Source of the DNA: Bacteroidota bacterium | GTDB lineage: Bacteria; Bacteroidota; Bacteroidia; UKL13-3 | DNA length: 64,000 bases | Assembly (NCBI GenBank): GCA_947457395.1 | Contig: CANGVA010000003.1 | Span: 2,063-66,062, forward strand | Direction of reading: 5' to 3' | In this document: one piece after another, positions 18,171-28,319 of the stretch | Layout of the letters: each line of letters opens with the position of its first letter | How positions within the stretch are numbered: position 1 is the first letter of the stretch | Notes under the pieces: model-generated | What the model saw: the letters and a program-made list of their open reading frames with translations, nothing else | Database searches by the model: none | Told to the model about the DNA's origin: nothing | Position numbers and translations under genes: made by a program

Positions 18171-20156
18171 TCAGTAGGTCCCTCCAACGGCACGCTTATT
18201 TAATTTCGGTTCATGATTAAACAACGGTAAAGCTGTGGGTACAGCTGTTAAACCAACTGTATCGGTTAAGCTCACCATAAAAGCAACGAGTGCGCTCTTT
18301 TCTCTCACGGTTAAATTAAGGCTGTCGGGTGATAATGTTTGATGCGGTACATGCAGCCCCATACCGGCACCACCTCCATTATTATAAAAATTAATGACAT
18401 CATCTAGCGTTCTATATGCGCCATTATGCATATAGGGAGCAGTTAGTGCAGTATTTCGTACCGTAGGAGTTTTAAATGAGTAGCGATAAAAATCAACAGA
18501 CTCCTTGAGTTTCCCTTTTATCCTTCCTTCGTCTTTATCTAATACAAGTTCTTTTCTATAAGGATTTTCAAGCACTCCCAGCACTTCGCTTTCACTTTCG
18601 GTATAATAGGGCGGTACGGTACCATTAAAAACCGGTGCAAAGTGGCAGGTGCCACAAGCTGCTTTACCCATAAAGATGTTAAAGCCAAGCTTTACTTGTT
18701 CGGGTAGGTTGTTGGTTTCATTTCTTGCATACCTATCAAATGTGGAGTTAAAACTATTAAGTGAGCCAACATAGGCAGCCATTGCAAAAGCTATTGTTTG
18801 TTTACTGATGGGTTGAGGATACATTGGGAAGCATGTTTCAAATCTGTTTTTATACTCATCGCTTTTGGCTAGCCTGGAAGTTATTTCAAAAAATGTAGTA
18901 TTGAATTCCTTTTCGCTTATCACTACATGCTCTATTTGATCTTCGAGTGCATCGGCTCGTAAATCATAGAAGAACCGTTCGCTATAAACACAATTAATCA
19001 GCGTGGGTGCATTGCGGTCAACTGTTTCATCAGTACCTGATGACGCTTTACTTTTTGGCAGCCCGTCAGTAAATGCTTTACCGGGTTGATGGCAGCTAGC
19101 ACAACTTTTATCGTTATTGATGGAGAGCACAGGGTCATAAAAAAGCAAGCGGCCAAGTTCGGTAAGTTTGGCTGATAGAATGGCATCAGGTATTTGTAAG
19201 TAAGTGGAAGCATCAAGTATGGTATTATCAAATAAATTGCCTGCACGATAATTGAATGTAAAACGGGTATTTGATACCGTTTCATAAATGCTTTCAATAC
19301 CCAGTAATTCCTGCATTATTCTTAACTCATTAAATAGCGGATTTACATAGCTTCTTAAAAAAGTTAACCGGTCAAATTCATCAAATTGATGATGTTTTAG
19401 CAGGTAAGTGGTGCCCATTTCTGATTTTTTACGGATGGATTCTGCCAACTTCTTATCTTTAACTAACACCGGCTTGTAATAGAGTATTATTGTTTTTTCC
19501 AATTCTTTCCATACAACAGTTGCATCCTGCAAGCTCCTGTCTGATGCGGGAACATCAAACCCAGTTAATCCGAGCGTGAAAAGGCGAATGAGTTCCATTC
19601 GCGAGGCGTCAATAATTTGCCTGTCGTTTACTTTACCCGGCAAAGGATATAGCTGTATGGCTTCATTTAACTTAGCCGTAATTTCTTTTAGATGCATCCA
19701 GTCGATGGAATCACTAAAGAGTAGCTCATCAAGAACCTGCAGTCCTTTAGGCTCAACAATCAACATGCTTGGTGCATTCTTATCCAGTTTTGGAAGGGGT
19801 GCACCATTAATCCATTCTTTCACATAAGTTGGATCTAAATATTCCCAAATAAACTCCGTTCGTTTAAAAGCATCACGCAATTGATAGTAAAGCGGTAGTA
19901 GCTTTCGGGCATCCTTTTCAGGTTTAGCGTTGCGGCAACATTCATTAAACGTGGCCGATACTTTTTTTAGTTCCTGAAAGTTGTTTTGGATCATAGTCGT
20001 TACCTCAATGGAAGGGCCAACCGGTTCGGCATAGCGTCCCGAACCGAAAATGGTAAGAAGCGATATGGCCATCATTATAAAAACGAAACCATGTTTAATG
20101 TACAATATATTCATAAGCCAACAGGTTATTTCATTTACACAAAAACCCGGAGGCAT
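18171..20156 (-). CDS. Di-haem cytochrome c peroxidase (CCP/MauG family) with a roughly 330-aa N-terminal helical extension
   Basis: Two CxxCH sites (CASCHQPGKAFTDG, CGTCHFAPVFNG) and PTVRNTALTAPYMHNG, typical of bacterial CCP. The alternative ATG start at 20114 gives a better signal anchor. Confidence 0.8.
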   Translation of the reverse strand: MPPGFCVNEITCWLMNILYIKHGFVFIMMAISLLTIFGSGRYAEPVGPSIEVTTMIQNNFQELKKVSATFNECCRNAKPEKDARKLLPLYYQLRDAFKRTEFIWEYLDPTYVKEWINGAPLPKLDKNAPSMLIVEPKGLQVLDELLFSDSIDWMHLKEITAKLNEAIQLYPLPGKVNDRQIIDASRMELIRLFTLGLTGFDVPASDRSLQDATVVWKELEKTIILYYKPVLVKDKKLAESIRKKSEMGTTYLLKHHQFDEFDRLTFLRSYVNPLFNELRIMQELLGIESIYETVSNTRFTFNYRAGNLFDNTILDASTYLQIPDAILSAKLTELGRLLFYDPVLSINNDKSCASCHQPGKAFTDGLPKSKASSGTDETVDRNAPTLINCVYSERFFYDLRADALEDQIEHVVISEKEFNTTFFEITSRLAKSDEYKNRFETCFPMYPQPISKQTIAFAMAAYVGSLNSFNSTFDRYARNETNNLPEQVKLGFNIFMGKAACGTCHFAPVFNGTVPPYYTESESEVLGVLENPYRKELVLDKDEGRIKGKLKESVDFYRYSFKTPTVRNTALTAPYMHNGAYRTLDDVINFYNNGGGAGMGLHVPHQTLSPDSLNLTVREKSALVAFMVSLTDTVGLTAVPTALPLFNHEPKLNKRAVGGTY

Positions 20157-20197
20157 TGCTGTCTCCAGGTCTTGTACAATTGAATGGATATGGAAAT

Positions 20198-22084
20198 TTA
20201 CTCTACTACTACTTTTATTTTTTCTCCTTCTGTATTCATGATCAAATAGGTACCTGATTTCAAATCGCTCATATCGATTTTGATTACATCTCTTAATACT
20301 TTGATTCGTTTACCTGTCATATCGTATATAGCAACATCACTCAATCTGTTCAGTGTTAACTCGGTAGCTACAGGATTAGGGTAGGCACTGAATGAATTAG
20401 CGCCTTGTTTTTTACTCATATATTCGGCAATAGATGTAGCTATACCATCCCAACCACTTATTGCATATGTTAATGAGTTGTTGTATGGGAATGTATTGTT
20501 ACCATCTGGATGCTGTGAATTAATAAGCATTGTTTTTGTGTCGAGAAAAATACCACCAGTAATTTCGGCACCCGGAGGGCAGGCAGTGAAACGCACCAAA
20601 TTACTGAATGTAGGATTAGGAATGCTCATATCCAGTAAAAAGGATTCACATACGGTTTGGCTTCCCGACTGGTATTCGGCAGGCATACGGTTCCAGTTAC
20701 GTCCGTTCAGGTCTTCCTGAATTACCATGTATGTTTTATTGCCAATATAGGCAAAGTTTAAACCATCAGGGTTTGAGAAGTGAATAGAAGGATATGAAGA
20801 AACGCTCTGAGATGTTGTACCTGTGTGCAGTGGACCTCCTTCAATGTAAGTTTTGACTTCACCTGTAGCCGGATCTAGTTCCAATACACGTCCGTAATAA
20901 TCGCGGAATGCACCATTTCTTACGGAGTCAGCAGCAGCTGCATCTGTTCCGGGGAATGCTGTTCCGTTTACAGCCTGATAACGATTTTTGTAAGCCACAA
21001 CTAAATGAGGGGCAATAGTACCGAATGCCGAGTTGCCGTTTTTAAATGCAGTACCAGGGTTGTCATTGCCGGTTTCGGTGATGTAAATTTTCCCATTTGT
21101 ATTATTCACTGCACCCCACTCTAAACGGGTGTACATGGTTGCACCCCTTCTGAGAGCTACACTTCTCAGGTTTATTAAGGTATCTAAATTATTTTCTATC
21201 GTAACCCATTTGCTTGGTGCAGATGCATTGTGTACATAAAGTTGACCGGTGGTAAAATCACCTGCAGTGTTGGCTACGAATTTAACAAGCATTCCGGGTG
21301 TACCATCTTCAAACAGATAAACTGTTTTATTATCGTTCATCAAAACGCCACCTTCCCAACCTCCACGGCCCCAGTTGTATTGTTTTCTGATAGCTTTGCC
21401 TTGCTTAGGATCAATTTCAACCATCCAGTTCAGGTTTTGAAATTTTTTAATGGTTCTACCGTTAAATCCCGGGAAACCTGCAGGTGTTGTGGTACCTATA
21501 GTAAAGTCTGCTGTGTCGCGCACACCTCCATTAATACTGGCATTGCTCGATTGCATCCACTCTTCAGCTGTCCATATTCTTCCATTATCTGCTGAAATAC
21601 CTCCGCAGTTCATTCCGGTTTCGCCTACTGTGTTAACAAAATCAACATTGAAGAATTTTCCGCTTCTTCCGTCTATTAAGGTTTGTGGTACAAGCTCCAA
21701 TACGTTTCCTTTTAATCTTCGAAGTTTAAAAACAGTCATACCACCACCATCACCTACTTTATCATTCTTTTCTATCATTTCATGATTCACCGTTACCCAT
21801 CCTAAATCACCAGCAGCGATTTTTGCCTGGTCTGTTTCTTTGGTAAATCCGATAAAATCGTGCCACTGCTTAGCCACTGTGGAGCCGGCAGGGTTTCCAT
21901 ACGTAGCGGTTGTTTGTACCGTATCGGTTCCTCCCACAAAAATAGTTTGATACTTTAATGGGCTTTTCGGCATCCATACTGTTTTAACCGACCATGAAGT
22001 GTCGATATTTACAGGAAATGGAATTTGCGCATTGCCAACTATCATGCTAGATAGGGCAAAAGTTGATAGTAATATTTTTTTCAT
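20198..22084 (-). CDS. PhoX-like (DUF839) beta-propeller phosphatase-family protein with a T9SS C-terminal sorting domain
   Basis: Signal peptide ...VGNA|Q. WVTVNHE and GMNCGGISADNGRIWTAEEW resemble the PhoX/DUF839 core (NCAGG..PWGT...EE). The C-terminus YPNPVATELTLN...GTYLIMNTEGEKIKVVVE is a T9SS CTD. Start at the ATG at 22084 (MKKILL). Confidence 0.65.
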   Translation of the reverse strand: MKKILLSTFALSSMIVGNAQIPFPVNIDTSWSVKTVWMPKSPLKYQTIFVGGTDTVQTTATYGNPAGSTVAKQWHDFIGFTKETDQAKIAAGDLGWVTVNHEMIEKNDKVGDGGGMTVFKLRRLKGNVLELVPQTLIDGRSGKFFNVDFVNTVGETGMNCGGISADNGRIWTAEEWMQSSNASINGGVRDTADFTIGTTTPAGFPGFNGRTIKKFQNLNWMVEIDPKQGKAIRKQYNWGRGGWEGGVLMNDNKTVYLFEDGTPGMLVKFVANTAGDFTTGQLYVHNASAPSKWVTIENNLDTLINLRSVALRRGATMYTRLEWGAVNNTNGKIYITETGNDNPGTAFKNGNSAFGTIAPHLVVAYKNRYQAVNGTAFPGTDAAAADSVRNGAFRDYYGRVLELDPATGEVKTYIEGGPLHTGTTSQSVSSYPSIHFSNPDGLNFAYIGNKTYMVIQEDLNGRNWNRMPAEYQSGSQTVCESFLLDMSIPNPTFSNLVRFTACPPGAEITGGIFLDTKTMLINSQHPDGNNTFPYNNSLTYAISGWDGIATSIAEYMSKKQGANSFSAYPNPVATELTLNRLSDVAIYDMTGKRIKVLRDVIKIDMSDLKSGTYLIMNTEGEKIKVVVE

Positions 22085-22322
22085 TTTATAAATATTGATG
22101 TTGCAAAAAAACAAGTACAGATTTATCTGAATCTTTAAGAATCGTTATGATTTAGAAAAGCAAACGTTAACGGAATGTCATTTACTTAAAATTAAATTGA
22201 GATTATCCAAATAGCTTTCAATCGAATTGATATTTGCATAACATTAGTTTGATTTAAAAATAAAACCGGGATAACAATTTGATGGCTTTTCCAAGCCTAT
22301 TTCGTAGCTCATTATAATACAT

Positions 22323-25300
22323 ATGAGCAGAAAAAATTTACTCCTGTTTACAGGCGTTGTGTTCGCACTGATTAGCGCAACACCATTCATCGCCTCCGCA
22401 CAAATTAATGTGCAGTTTCTTGGAAGATATTCTATTGGTACCTATAATTCAAATGGTGGCGTGGCTGAAATATCAGCTTATGACCCAAGTACCAAACGAA
22501 TGTATATTGTTAACGGACCGGACACTTCATTCAGAATTGTGAATATGGCCAATCCGTCTAATCCTGTTCTGATTTCAACCATCTCTGTTAAACCTTATGG
22601 TATTGATGTAACATCTATAACTACAAATAAAAAAGGATTGGTTGCCATTGCGGTGATAGATTCGAACGGAAAAACAAACCCCAGCAGCATCGTATTTTTA
22701 GATGCAAATGGAAATTTCATCAGTAAGGTGAAAGCAGGAGCGAATGCTGACCATATTATCTTTACACCGGATGGTAAAAAATTATTGTGTGCCAATGAAG
22801 GAGAGCCCAATGTTGGATATACGATAGATCCTGAAGGTTCTATCTCTATCATAGATTTATCAGGTGGTGCTTCATCGCTTACACAAGCCAATGTGCAAAC
22901 AGCAGGCTTTACTGCTTTCAATGCTCCTGCCACCATTAATCCCAATATCCGCATTTTAGGAAGAATACAAAGCGGAGGCGCTTTCCTACGCAACTCAACA
23001 GTAGCTGAAGATTTGGAACCGGAGTACATCGCTGTTTCTGATGACAACAGCACAGCGTGGGTAACTTGCCAGGAGAATAATGCACTGGCAGTGGTGAATA
23101 TAAATACAGCTACAGTTACAGCACTTTTACCGCTAGGTTTCAAAAACCATAATTTGGCTGGCAATGGCCTGGATGCATCCGACAGACAATCTTCTACATT
23201 ACCGGGAATAATCAATATCCGCACCTTACCTGTATTCGGCATGTATCAGCCCGATGGCATTGTTAGCTACCGTGCAGGCAGTCAAACATTCTTGGTAACT
23301 GCAAATGAAGGTGATGCCCGCGCAGATTGGGGCAGTGCCAATAATGAAGAAGTAAGAGTAAATAACGCCTCGTTTATATTGGATACAGTTAAGTTTGGTG
23401 GGGCAGCGGCAGTAGCAGCAATAAAAACCGATAGTGTATTAGGCCGTTTAAATGTAACCAACCGCTGGGGCGATTTCAATAATGACGGCAGAATAGATAG
23501 TATCTTTACGTTTGGCGCACGTTCATTTTCTGTCTGGAATGCAACTACCGGTGCATTGGTGTGGGATAGCAAAGACGATTTTGAACAACGCATTGCAGCG
23601 CTTTTCCCGTCAAACTTTAATGCAGGCCACACCACCAATGCTTTGGATGATCGCAGTGATAATAAAGGTCCCGAACCCGAAGCTGTTACTGTTGGTCGCA
23701 TACTGGATTCGACCTATGCATTTGTTGGTCTTGAGCGTATTGGTGGTTTCTTTGTTTACAATATCACCAATCCCAATAATCCGTATTTTGTTCAATATAT
23801 TAACACCAGAAATTTTAGCGTAACACCCAGCCAGGCTAATTTAGCAACAGTAGGAGATTTGGGTCCTGAAGGCATAGTGTTTATACCACGAAACGAAAGC
23901 CCCAACGGAAAAGATTTGATAATGCTTTCCAACGAAGTAAGCGGCACCGTTGCAATTTATCAGGTCAATTCACGTAGCGCTTATCAGATGCAAATTTTAC
24001 ATTCATCAGATATGGAGAGCAGTGTTTCTGCAGTAGTGGATGCTCCGAATTTTGCAGCCGTTGTGGATGAGCTGGAAGACCGCCACACCAATACACTTAT
24101 CCTTTCTTCAGGCGATAATGTGCTTCCGGGTCCGTTTTTGTCATCAGGTGAAGATGCTTCATTGCAAACACCTCTGCGCACAACGGCATCATCTTACTGG
24201 TCGGGAAACAGCGGTCAACTACGGGCTGCTATTGGCCGTCCTGATATTGCTATCATGAATGCAATTGGATACAATGCATCTGCTTTAGGAAACCATGAAT
24301 TTGATTTGGGAACATCAGAATTAAACAGTCAGATTGGTGTAGATATAAGAAGTAGTGGGGCAGACAGGCGCTGGATAGGTGCTCAATTCCCGTTTGTATC
24401 ATGTAACCTTAACTTTGCAAATGATGTTAATTTAAGTTATCTGTATACCAACCAGATATTATCAGATACAGCATTCAGAACTTCACCAACCATTACTGCC
24501 AACTCACAAAAAAGAGGTATTGCACCTTCTGTAATTATTGAACGCGGTGGTGAGCGCATTGGTATAGTAGGTGCCACCACTCAGGTTCTTGCATCCATTT
24601 CTTCTCCCGGTGCAACTACCATTATCGGCCCTACAACAGATAATATGCCTGCGTTGGCAGCCATTATACAACCTGTAGTTGACTCACTCCGTTCGTTGGG
24701 CATCAATAAAATTATTTTACTCTCACACCTGCAGCAAATTGCCAATGAAAAAGGGCTGGCCCCTTTGCTCAGGCATGTGGATATTATTATTTCGGGGGGT
24801 AACCATGCATTCACTGCAGATGGTAATGATCGCTTAACTCCGGGCCATGTAGCTACCGAAAGATATCCTATTTTAACGACCAACAATAACGGACAGCCTT
24901 TGGCTATTCTTAACACCACCAGTGAGTGGAAATATGTTGGCCGTTTTGTTTGTGATTTTGACACAGCGGGTGTGTTGTTGCCTAACTTGCTCGACTCAAC
25001 CATAAATGGTGCCTATGTAGCCGATACGGCAATGGTTACATCACTTTGGGGCAGCTATGCTGCTGCATTTGCAACCGGAACTAAAGGAGCCAATGTAAGA
25101 ACATTATGCAACGCGGTTGGTTCTGTTATTACCGCAAAGGATGGCAACAAATTCGGCAGATCAAACGTGTTTCTGGAAGGCAGAAGAAATTTTGTTAGGA
25201 CAGAAGAAACAAATTTTGGTAACCTTACATCTGATGCCAACTTGTGGTATGCCAAACAATATGATCCTCAGGTGAGGATTTCTATAAAAAATGGCGGAGG

Positions 25301-28295
25301 TATTCGCTCAGCCATCGGATATGTAAATGCTGTAGGCTCTAATGTAACACTGGAGCAAACGCTTGCCAACCCAAGTGCCAATAAAAACAGAGGCGATGTA
25401 TCGCAACTGGATATTGAAAACTCTTTACGCTTTAACAATGGTTTGGTTATTGGAACGGTTAATGCTGCCGGCTTAAGAAGAATATTAGAACATGGTATTT
25501 CAGCAACGGTGCCGGGTGCAACACCGGGTCAATTCCCTCAGGTAGGTGGGGTGCAGTTTAGCTACGATACCACGCGCCCGCGCGGCAGTGAGATACTTTC
25601 GCTGGTTGTTACCGACTCAGCCGGAAACCGCTTGGATACCATTGTGCGCAATGGATTGCTGGTGGGCGATACCACACGTACGTTTAAATTGGTAACCCTT
25701 AACTTCCTGTTCACAGGGGGCGATTCGTATCCGTTTCCTGCCAATGCTACCAACAGGGTAAATCTGGATACAGCAATAAAAAATACAGGCATCGCCACAT
25801 TTGCCGCTATTGGCAGTGAGCAAGATGCGTTTGCCGAATACATGGGTACTTTTCACACGGCTACTCCTTTCAATGTAAGAGATACTTCATTGATTGGCGA
25901 CAGAAAAATTCAGCTGCTCAACGCAAGACCTGATGCCATTTTCCCTGAAACAAATCCTGCTGTTTCTATACAGCAGGCCCGCAATATTGCTGCGCCAAAC
26001 TTGGTACGCATACGTGGGGTCATAACAAGGGCTTGGGGCCGTTTCATTTATGTTCAGGATGCAACAGCCGCCATAGGAGTGCGTCAGTCATCCGGTGCTA
26101 TGGTTGATTCAATAGTTACAGGTGGATTGAGAGCAGGGGATAGCGTAGAAGTAATTGCCAATAGAAATGACTTTAATAATTATGCGCAAATACAATTGGT
26201 AAGCGGTGCTTACACACCAACAAATACTATCATTAAACTAGCTACAAACAGACCACTGCCAGCAGCACAAACGATTACCGTTAAACAATTTTTAGCTAAC
26301 CCTGAAAGTTTTGAAAGTGAACTCGTACGTATTGTAAATCTGAGAACTGGCAGTACTGGTAATTTTGCAGCCAGCACTAATTATACCGTATGGGATGGAA
26401 CCACCACAGGCGATACCACCGTATTGAGAGTAATTGCAGCAGCCGATACCGAAATAGATGATGCACCTGCATTGGCTATACCTTCAGGACTGTTTACCTT
26501 TGAAGGTACTGTTATCCAGTTTTGTTCTTCACCTGCAAGCGGATGTGCCACCGGTTATCAATTGCAGGGTGTACGCAAATCAGAAATTATTCCGCAATTG
26601 GGAGCATTTAACCTGATTGGTCCTGCATCGGGCACACGCCTGGTTACTTCATCAGGAAATGCTAATAATGTAGTCATCAACTGGACTCGCTCTTCAAATG
26701 CCATTCGTTACCGCTGGTACTTGGATGTTCCTGCCGGCAGCTTTAATCCCGGCTTGTATTCACAGCTTTCAAACAACAACGGAGCTGATACCTTGCTAAC
26801 ATTAACTGTTTCACAAATTGATGCACTGCTGGGTTCACTGGGTGTGCAACAAGGTGATTCCATCAATGTAAAATGGACAGTAAAATCATTTACTGCTTCG
26901 GACTCATTAAATGCAGCTCAGTCTTTTAATTTATTGTTGGTAAGGCAGGCACCTGCCCCACAATTGGGTGCATTTAATTTATTATCACCAGCCAACAATG
27001 CACGTTTGGTGATTTCATCAGCAAACCCCGGAAGCGCAGTAATTAACTGGACCCGCTCTACAAATGCTATACGCTACCGTTGGTATTTGGATGTACCTGC
27101 CGGTAACTTCAATCCGGGTTTATACTCGCAGTTGTCTAACAACAGCGGTGCCGATACAGCTCTAACATTAACCATTGCGCAGATTGATGCATTACTTGGA
27201 ACACTGGGCGTGCAACGTGGCGATTCCATCACAGTGAAATGGACAGTAAAATCATTTACTACCACCGATTCATTAACGGCCACACAATCGTTTAACCTAA
27301 AACTGGTTCGTGAAAGAATACTGGTTGCCTTCTCGCTAACTTCGCCTGCTAACAACAGCAGAGTTGTTGCAGAATCAGGCAATACAACACCAGTTAGTAT
27401 TACCTGGGGCAATGGTCAGGCTGTTTCATATAAATGGATGGCTACTCTGCTAACAGGAAATTTCAGCAATCCATTGCTGGTTCTTCCATCTGATGCAGCT
27501 GGTACAGCTACCGCATTAACCCTTACGTCAGGCGTGTTGCATGCAACCCTAGGAACCCTCGGTGTTAAGTTAGGCGATTCAGTAACTGTTAGATGGACCG
27601 TATTCGGATATCGTGGTGTAGACTCACTTAAGGCATCTAATGATTTTGTTTTAAACTTGGTAAGAAAACGCAACCTGGGCACGTTTGGCTTATTATCTCC
27701 TGCTGATAATGCGCGCATTGCGGTTAAAGATAATGACACAAGTAAAGTTGTGATTACCTGGCAGGCTTCTGCAGCTGCTACTCAATACAAGTGGCTGATT
27801 GATTTGCCTACAGGTAATTTTGCTAATCCCATTGCCAGTCTGCTTTCTGATAATTCCGGAACAGCAACTACACTCACACTATCATCAGGTGCCATCAGCA
27901 CATTACTTGGCAATGCAGGTGTAGCTAAAGGGGATTCCATTAACTTGAAATGGACTGTGCGTGCGCTAGAAACGAATGTAGATTCTATTCTTGCCAATAC
28001 TTCATTCCAATTAAAAGCTGTAAGACTCAAAGATGTTAACATCGGATTAGCTAAACAATTGGGTAAAGGTATTCACTTATATCCTAACCCTGTTACAGAT
28101 AAATTGCATGTGAGCAATGAGTTGGGCATATCAGTAAGTTATACATTGTTTGATGTAAATGGTAAGGCACTCAGAAGTGGTGTATGCGATAATGAGATGA
28201 TAATTGATATGTCTGAGTATGCCAATGGAATATATTTGATAGTGCTAGCTAACGGTGATGCCAAAACACATCATAAATTAATAAAGAACCAGTAG
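22323..28295 (+). CDS. 1990-aa T9SS-secreted multi-domain phosphoesterase. Domain order: N-terminal beta-propeller-like region, then 5'-nucleotidase/metallophosphoesterase, then OB-fold-like region, then four roughly 120-aa repeats, then the T9SS CTD
   Basis: Signal peptide ...IASA|Q. Metallophosphoesterase motifs ILHSSDMES, SSGDNVLPG, ALGNHEFD. 5'-nucleotidase C-terminal-like EETNFGNLTSDA, IKNGGGIR, FTGGDSYPF. The C-terminus LYPNPVTDKLHV...GIYLIVLANGDAKTHHKLIKNQ is a T9SS CTD. The N-terminal 550 aa tentatively resemble the 'choice-of-anchor I' or phytase-like esterase families (from memory). Confidence 0.85.
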   Translation: MSRKNLLLFTGVVFALISATPFIASAQINVQFLGRYSIGTYNSNGGVAEISAYDPSTKRMYIVNGPDTSFRIVNMANPSNPVLISTISVKPYGIDVTSITTNKKGLVAIAVIDSNGKTNPSSIVFLDANGNFISKVKAGANADHIIFTPDGKKLLCANEGEPNVGYTIDPEGSISIIDLSGGASSLTQANVQTAGFTAFNAPATINPNIRILGRIQSGGAFLRNSTVAEDLEPEYIAVSDDNSTAWVTCQENNALAVVNINTATVTALLPLGFKNHNLAGNGLDASDRQSSTLPGIINIRTLPVFGMYQPDGIVSYRAGSQTFLVTANEGDARADWGSANNEEVRVNNASFILDTVKFGGAAAVAAIKTDSVLGRLNVTNRWGDFNNDGRIDSIFTFGARSFSVWNATTGALVWDSKDDFEQRIAALFPSNFNAGHTTNALDDRSDNKGPEPEAVTVGRILDSTYAFVGLERIGGFFVYNITNPNNPYFVQYINTRNFSVTPSQANLATVGDLGPEGIVFIPRNESPNGKDLIMLSNEVSGTVAIYQVNSRSAYQMQILHSSDMESSVSAVVDAPNFAAVVDELEDRHTNTLILSSGDNVLPGPFLSSGEDASLQTPLRTTASSYWSGNSGQLRAAIGRPDIAIMNAIGYNASALGNHEFDLGTSELNSQIGVDIRSSGADRRWIGAQFPFVSCNLNFANDVNLSYLYTNQILSDTAFRTSPTITANSQKRGIAPSVIIERGGERIGIVGATTQVLASISSPGATTIIGPTTDNMPALAAIIQPVVDSLRSLGINKIILLSHLQQIANEKGLAPLLRHVDIIISGGNHAFTADGNDRLTPGHVATERYPILTTNNNGQPLAILNTTSEWKYVGRFVCDFDTAGVLLPNLLDSTINGAYVADTAMVTSLWGSYAAAFATGTKGANVRTLCNAVGSVITAKDGNKFGRSNVFLEGRRNFVRTEETNFGNLTSDANLWYAKQYDPQVRISIKNGGGIRSAIGYVNAVGSNVTLEQTLANPSANKNRGDVSQLDIENSLRFNNGLVIGTVNAAGLRRILEHGISATVPGATPGQFPQVGGVQFSYDTTRPRGSEILSLVVTDSAGNRLDTIVRNGLLVGDTTRTFKLVTLNFLFTGGDSYPFPANATNRVNLDTAIKNTGIATFAAIGSEQDAFAEYMGTFHTATPFNVRDTSLIGDRKIQLLNARPDAIFPETNPAVSIQQARNIAAPNLVRIRGVITRAWGRFIYVQDATAAIGVRQSSGAMVDSIVTGGLRAGDSVEVIANRNDFNNYAQIQLVSGAYTPTNTIIKLATNRPLPAAQTITVKQFLANPESFESELVRIVNLRTGSTGNFAASTNYTVWDGTTTGDTTVLRVIAAADTEIDDAPALAIPSGLFTFEGTVIQFCSSPASGCATGYQLQGVRKSEIIPQLGAFNLIGPASGTRLVTSSGNANNVVINWTRSSNAIRYRWYLDVPAGSFNPGLYSQLSNNNGADTLLTLTVSQIDALLGSLGVQQGDSINVKWTVKSFTASDSLNAAQSFNLLLVRQAPAPQLGAFNLLSPANNARLVISSANPGSAVINWTRSTNAIRYRWYLDVPAGNFNPGLYSQLSNNSGADTALTLTIAQIDALLGTLGVQRGDSITVKWTVKSFTTTDSLTATQSFNLKLVRERILVAFSLTSPANNSRVVAESGNTTPVSITWGNGQAVSYKWMATLLTGNFSNPLLVLPSDAAGTATALTLTSGVLHATLGTLGVKLGDSVTVRWTVFGYRGVDSLKASNDFVLNLVRKRNLGTFGLLSPADNARIAVKDNDTSKVVITWQASAAATQYKWLIDLPTGNFANPIASLLSDNSGTATTLTLSSGAISTLLGNAGVAKGDSINLKWTVRALETNVDSILANTSFQLKAVRLKDVNIGLAKQLGKGIHLYPNPVTDKLHVSNELGISVSYTLFDVNGKALRSGVCDNEMIIDMSEYANGIYLIVLANGDAKTHHKLIKNQ
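26595..28028 (+). repeat. Four tandem in-frame domain repeats of about 366 bp inside the 1990-aa gene; the first two are nearly identical at the DNA level
   Basis: R1 begins at 26595 (QLGAFNLIGPASGTRLV...), R2 at 26961 (QLGAFNLLSPANNARLV...). R3 and R4 (ILVAFSLTSPANNSRVV, NLGTFGLLSPADNARIAV) are more divergent. The R1-to-R2 period is exactly 366 nt. Confidence 0.9.
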
Positions 28296-28319
28296 TAGAT
28301 TATTTCATATGACGAATTT

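Noticed and set aside
22595-23701. Long antisense ORFs inside the 1990-aa gene (215 aa and 139 aa). Similar shadow ORFs occur inside pyk (11051-11701), tsf (7600-8089), the antiporter (38462-39292), the 1332-aa gene and the 1275-aa gene (54017-54502)
   Set aside because: They lie opposite strongly supported genes and have low-complexity, Ser/Ala/Pro- or Cys/Ile-rich compositions. They have no recognisable motifs or independent start context. These are typical frame shadows of biased or repeat-rich coding sequence.
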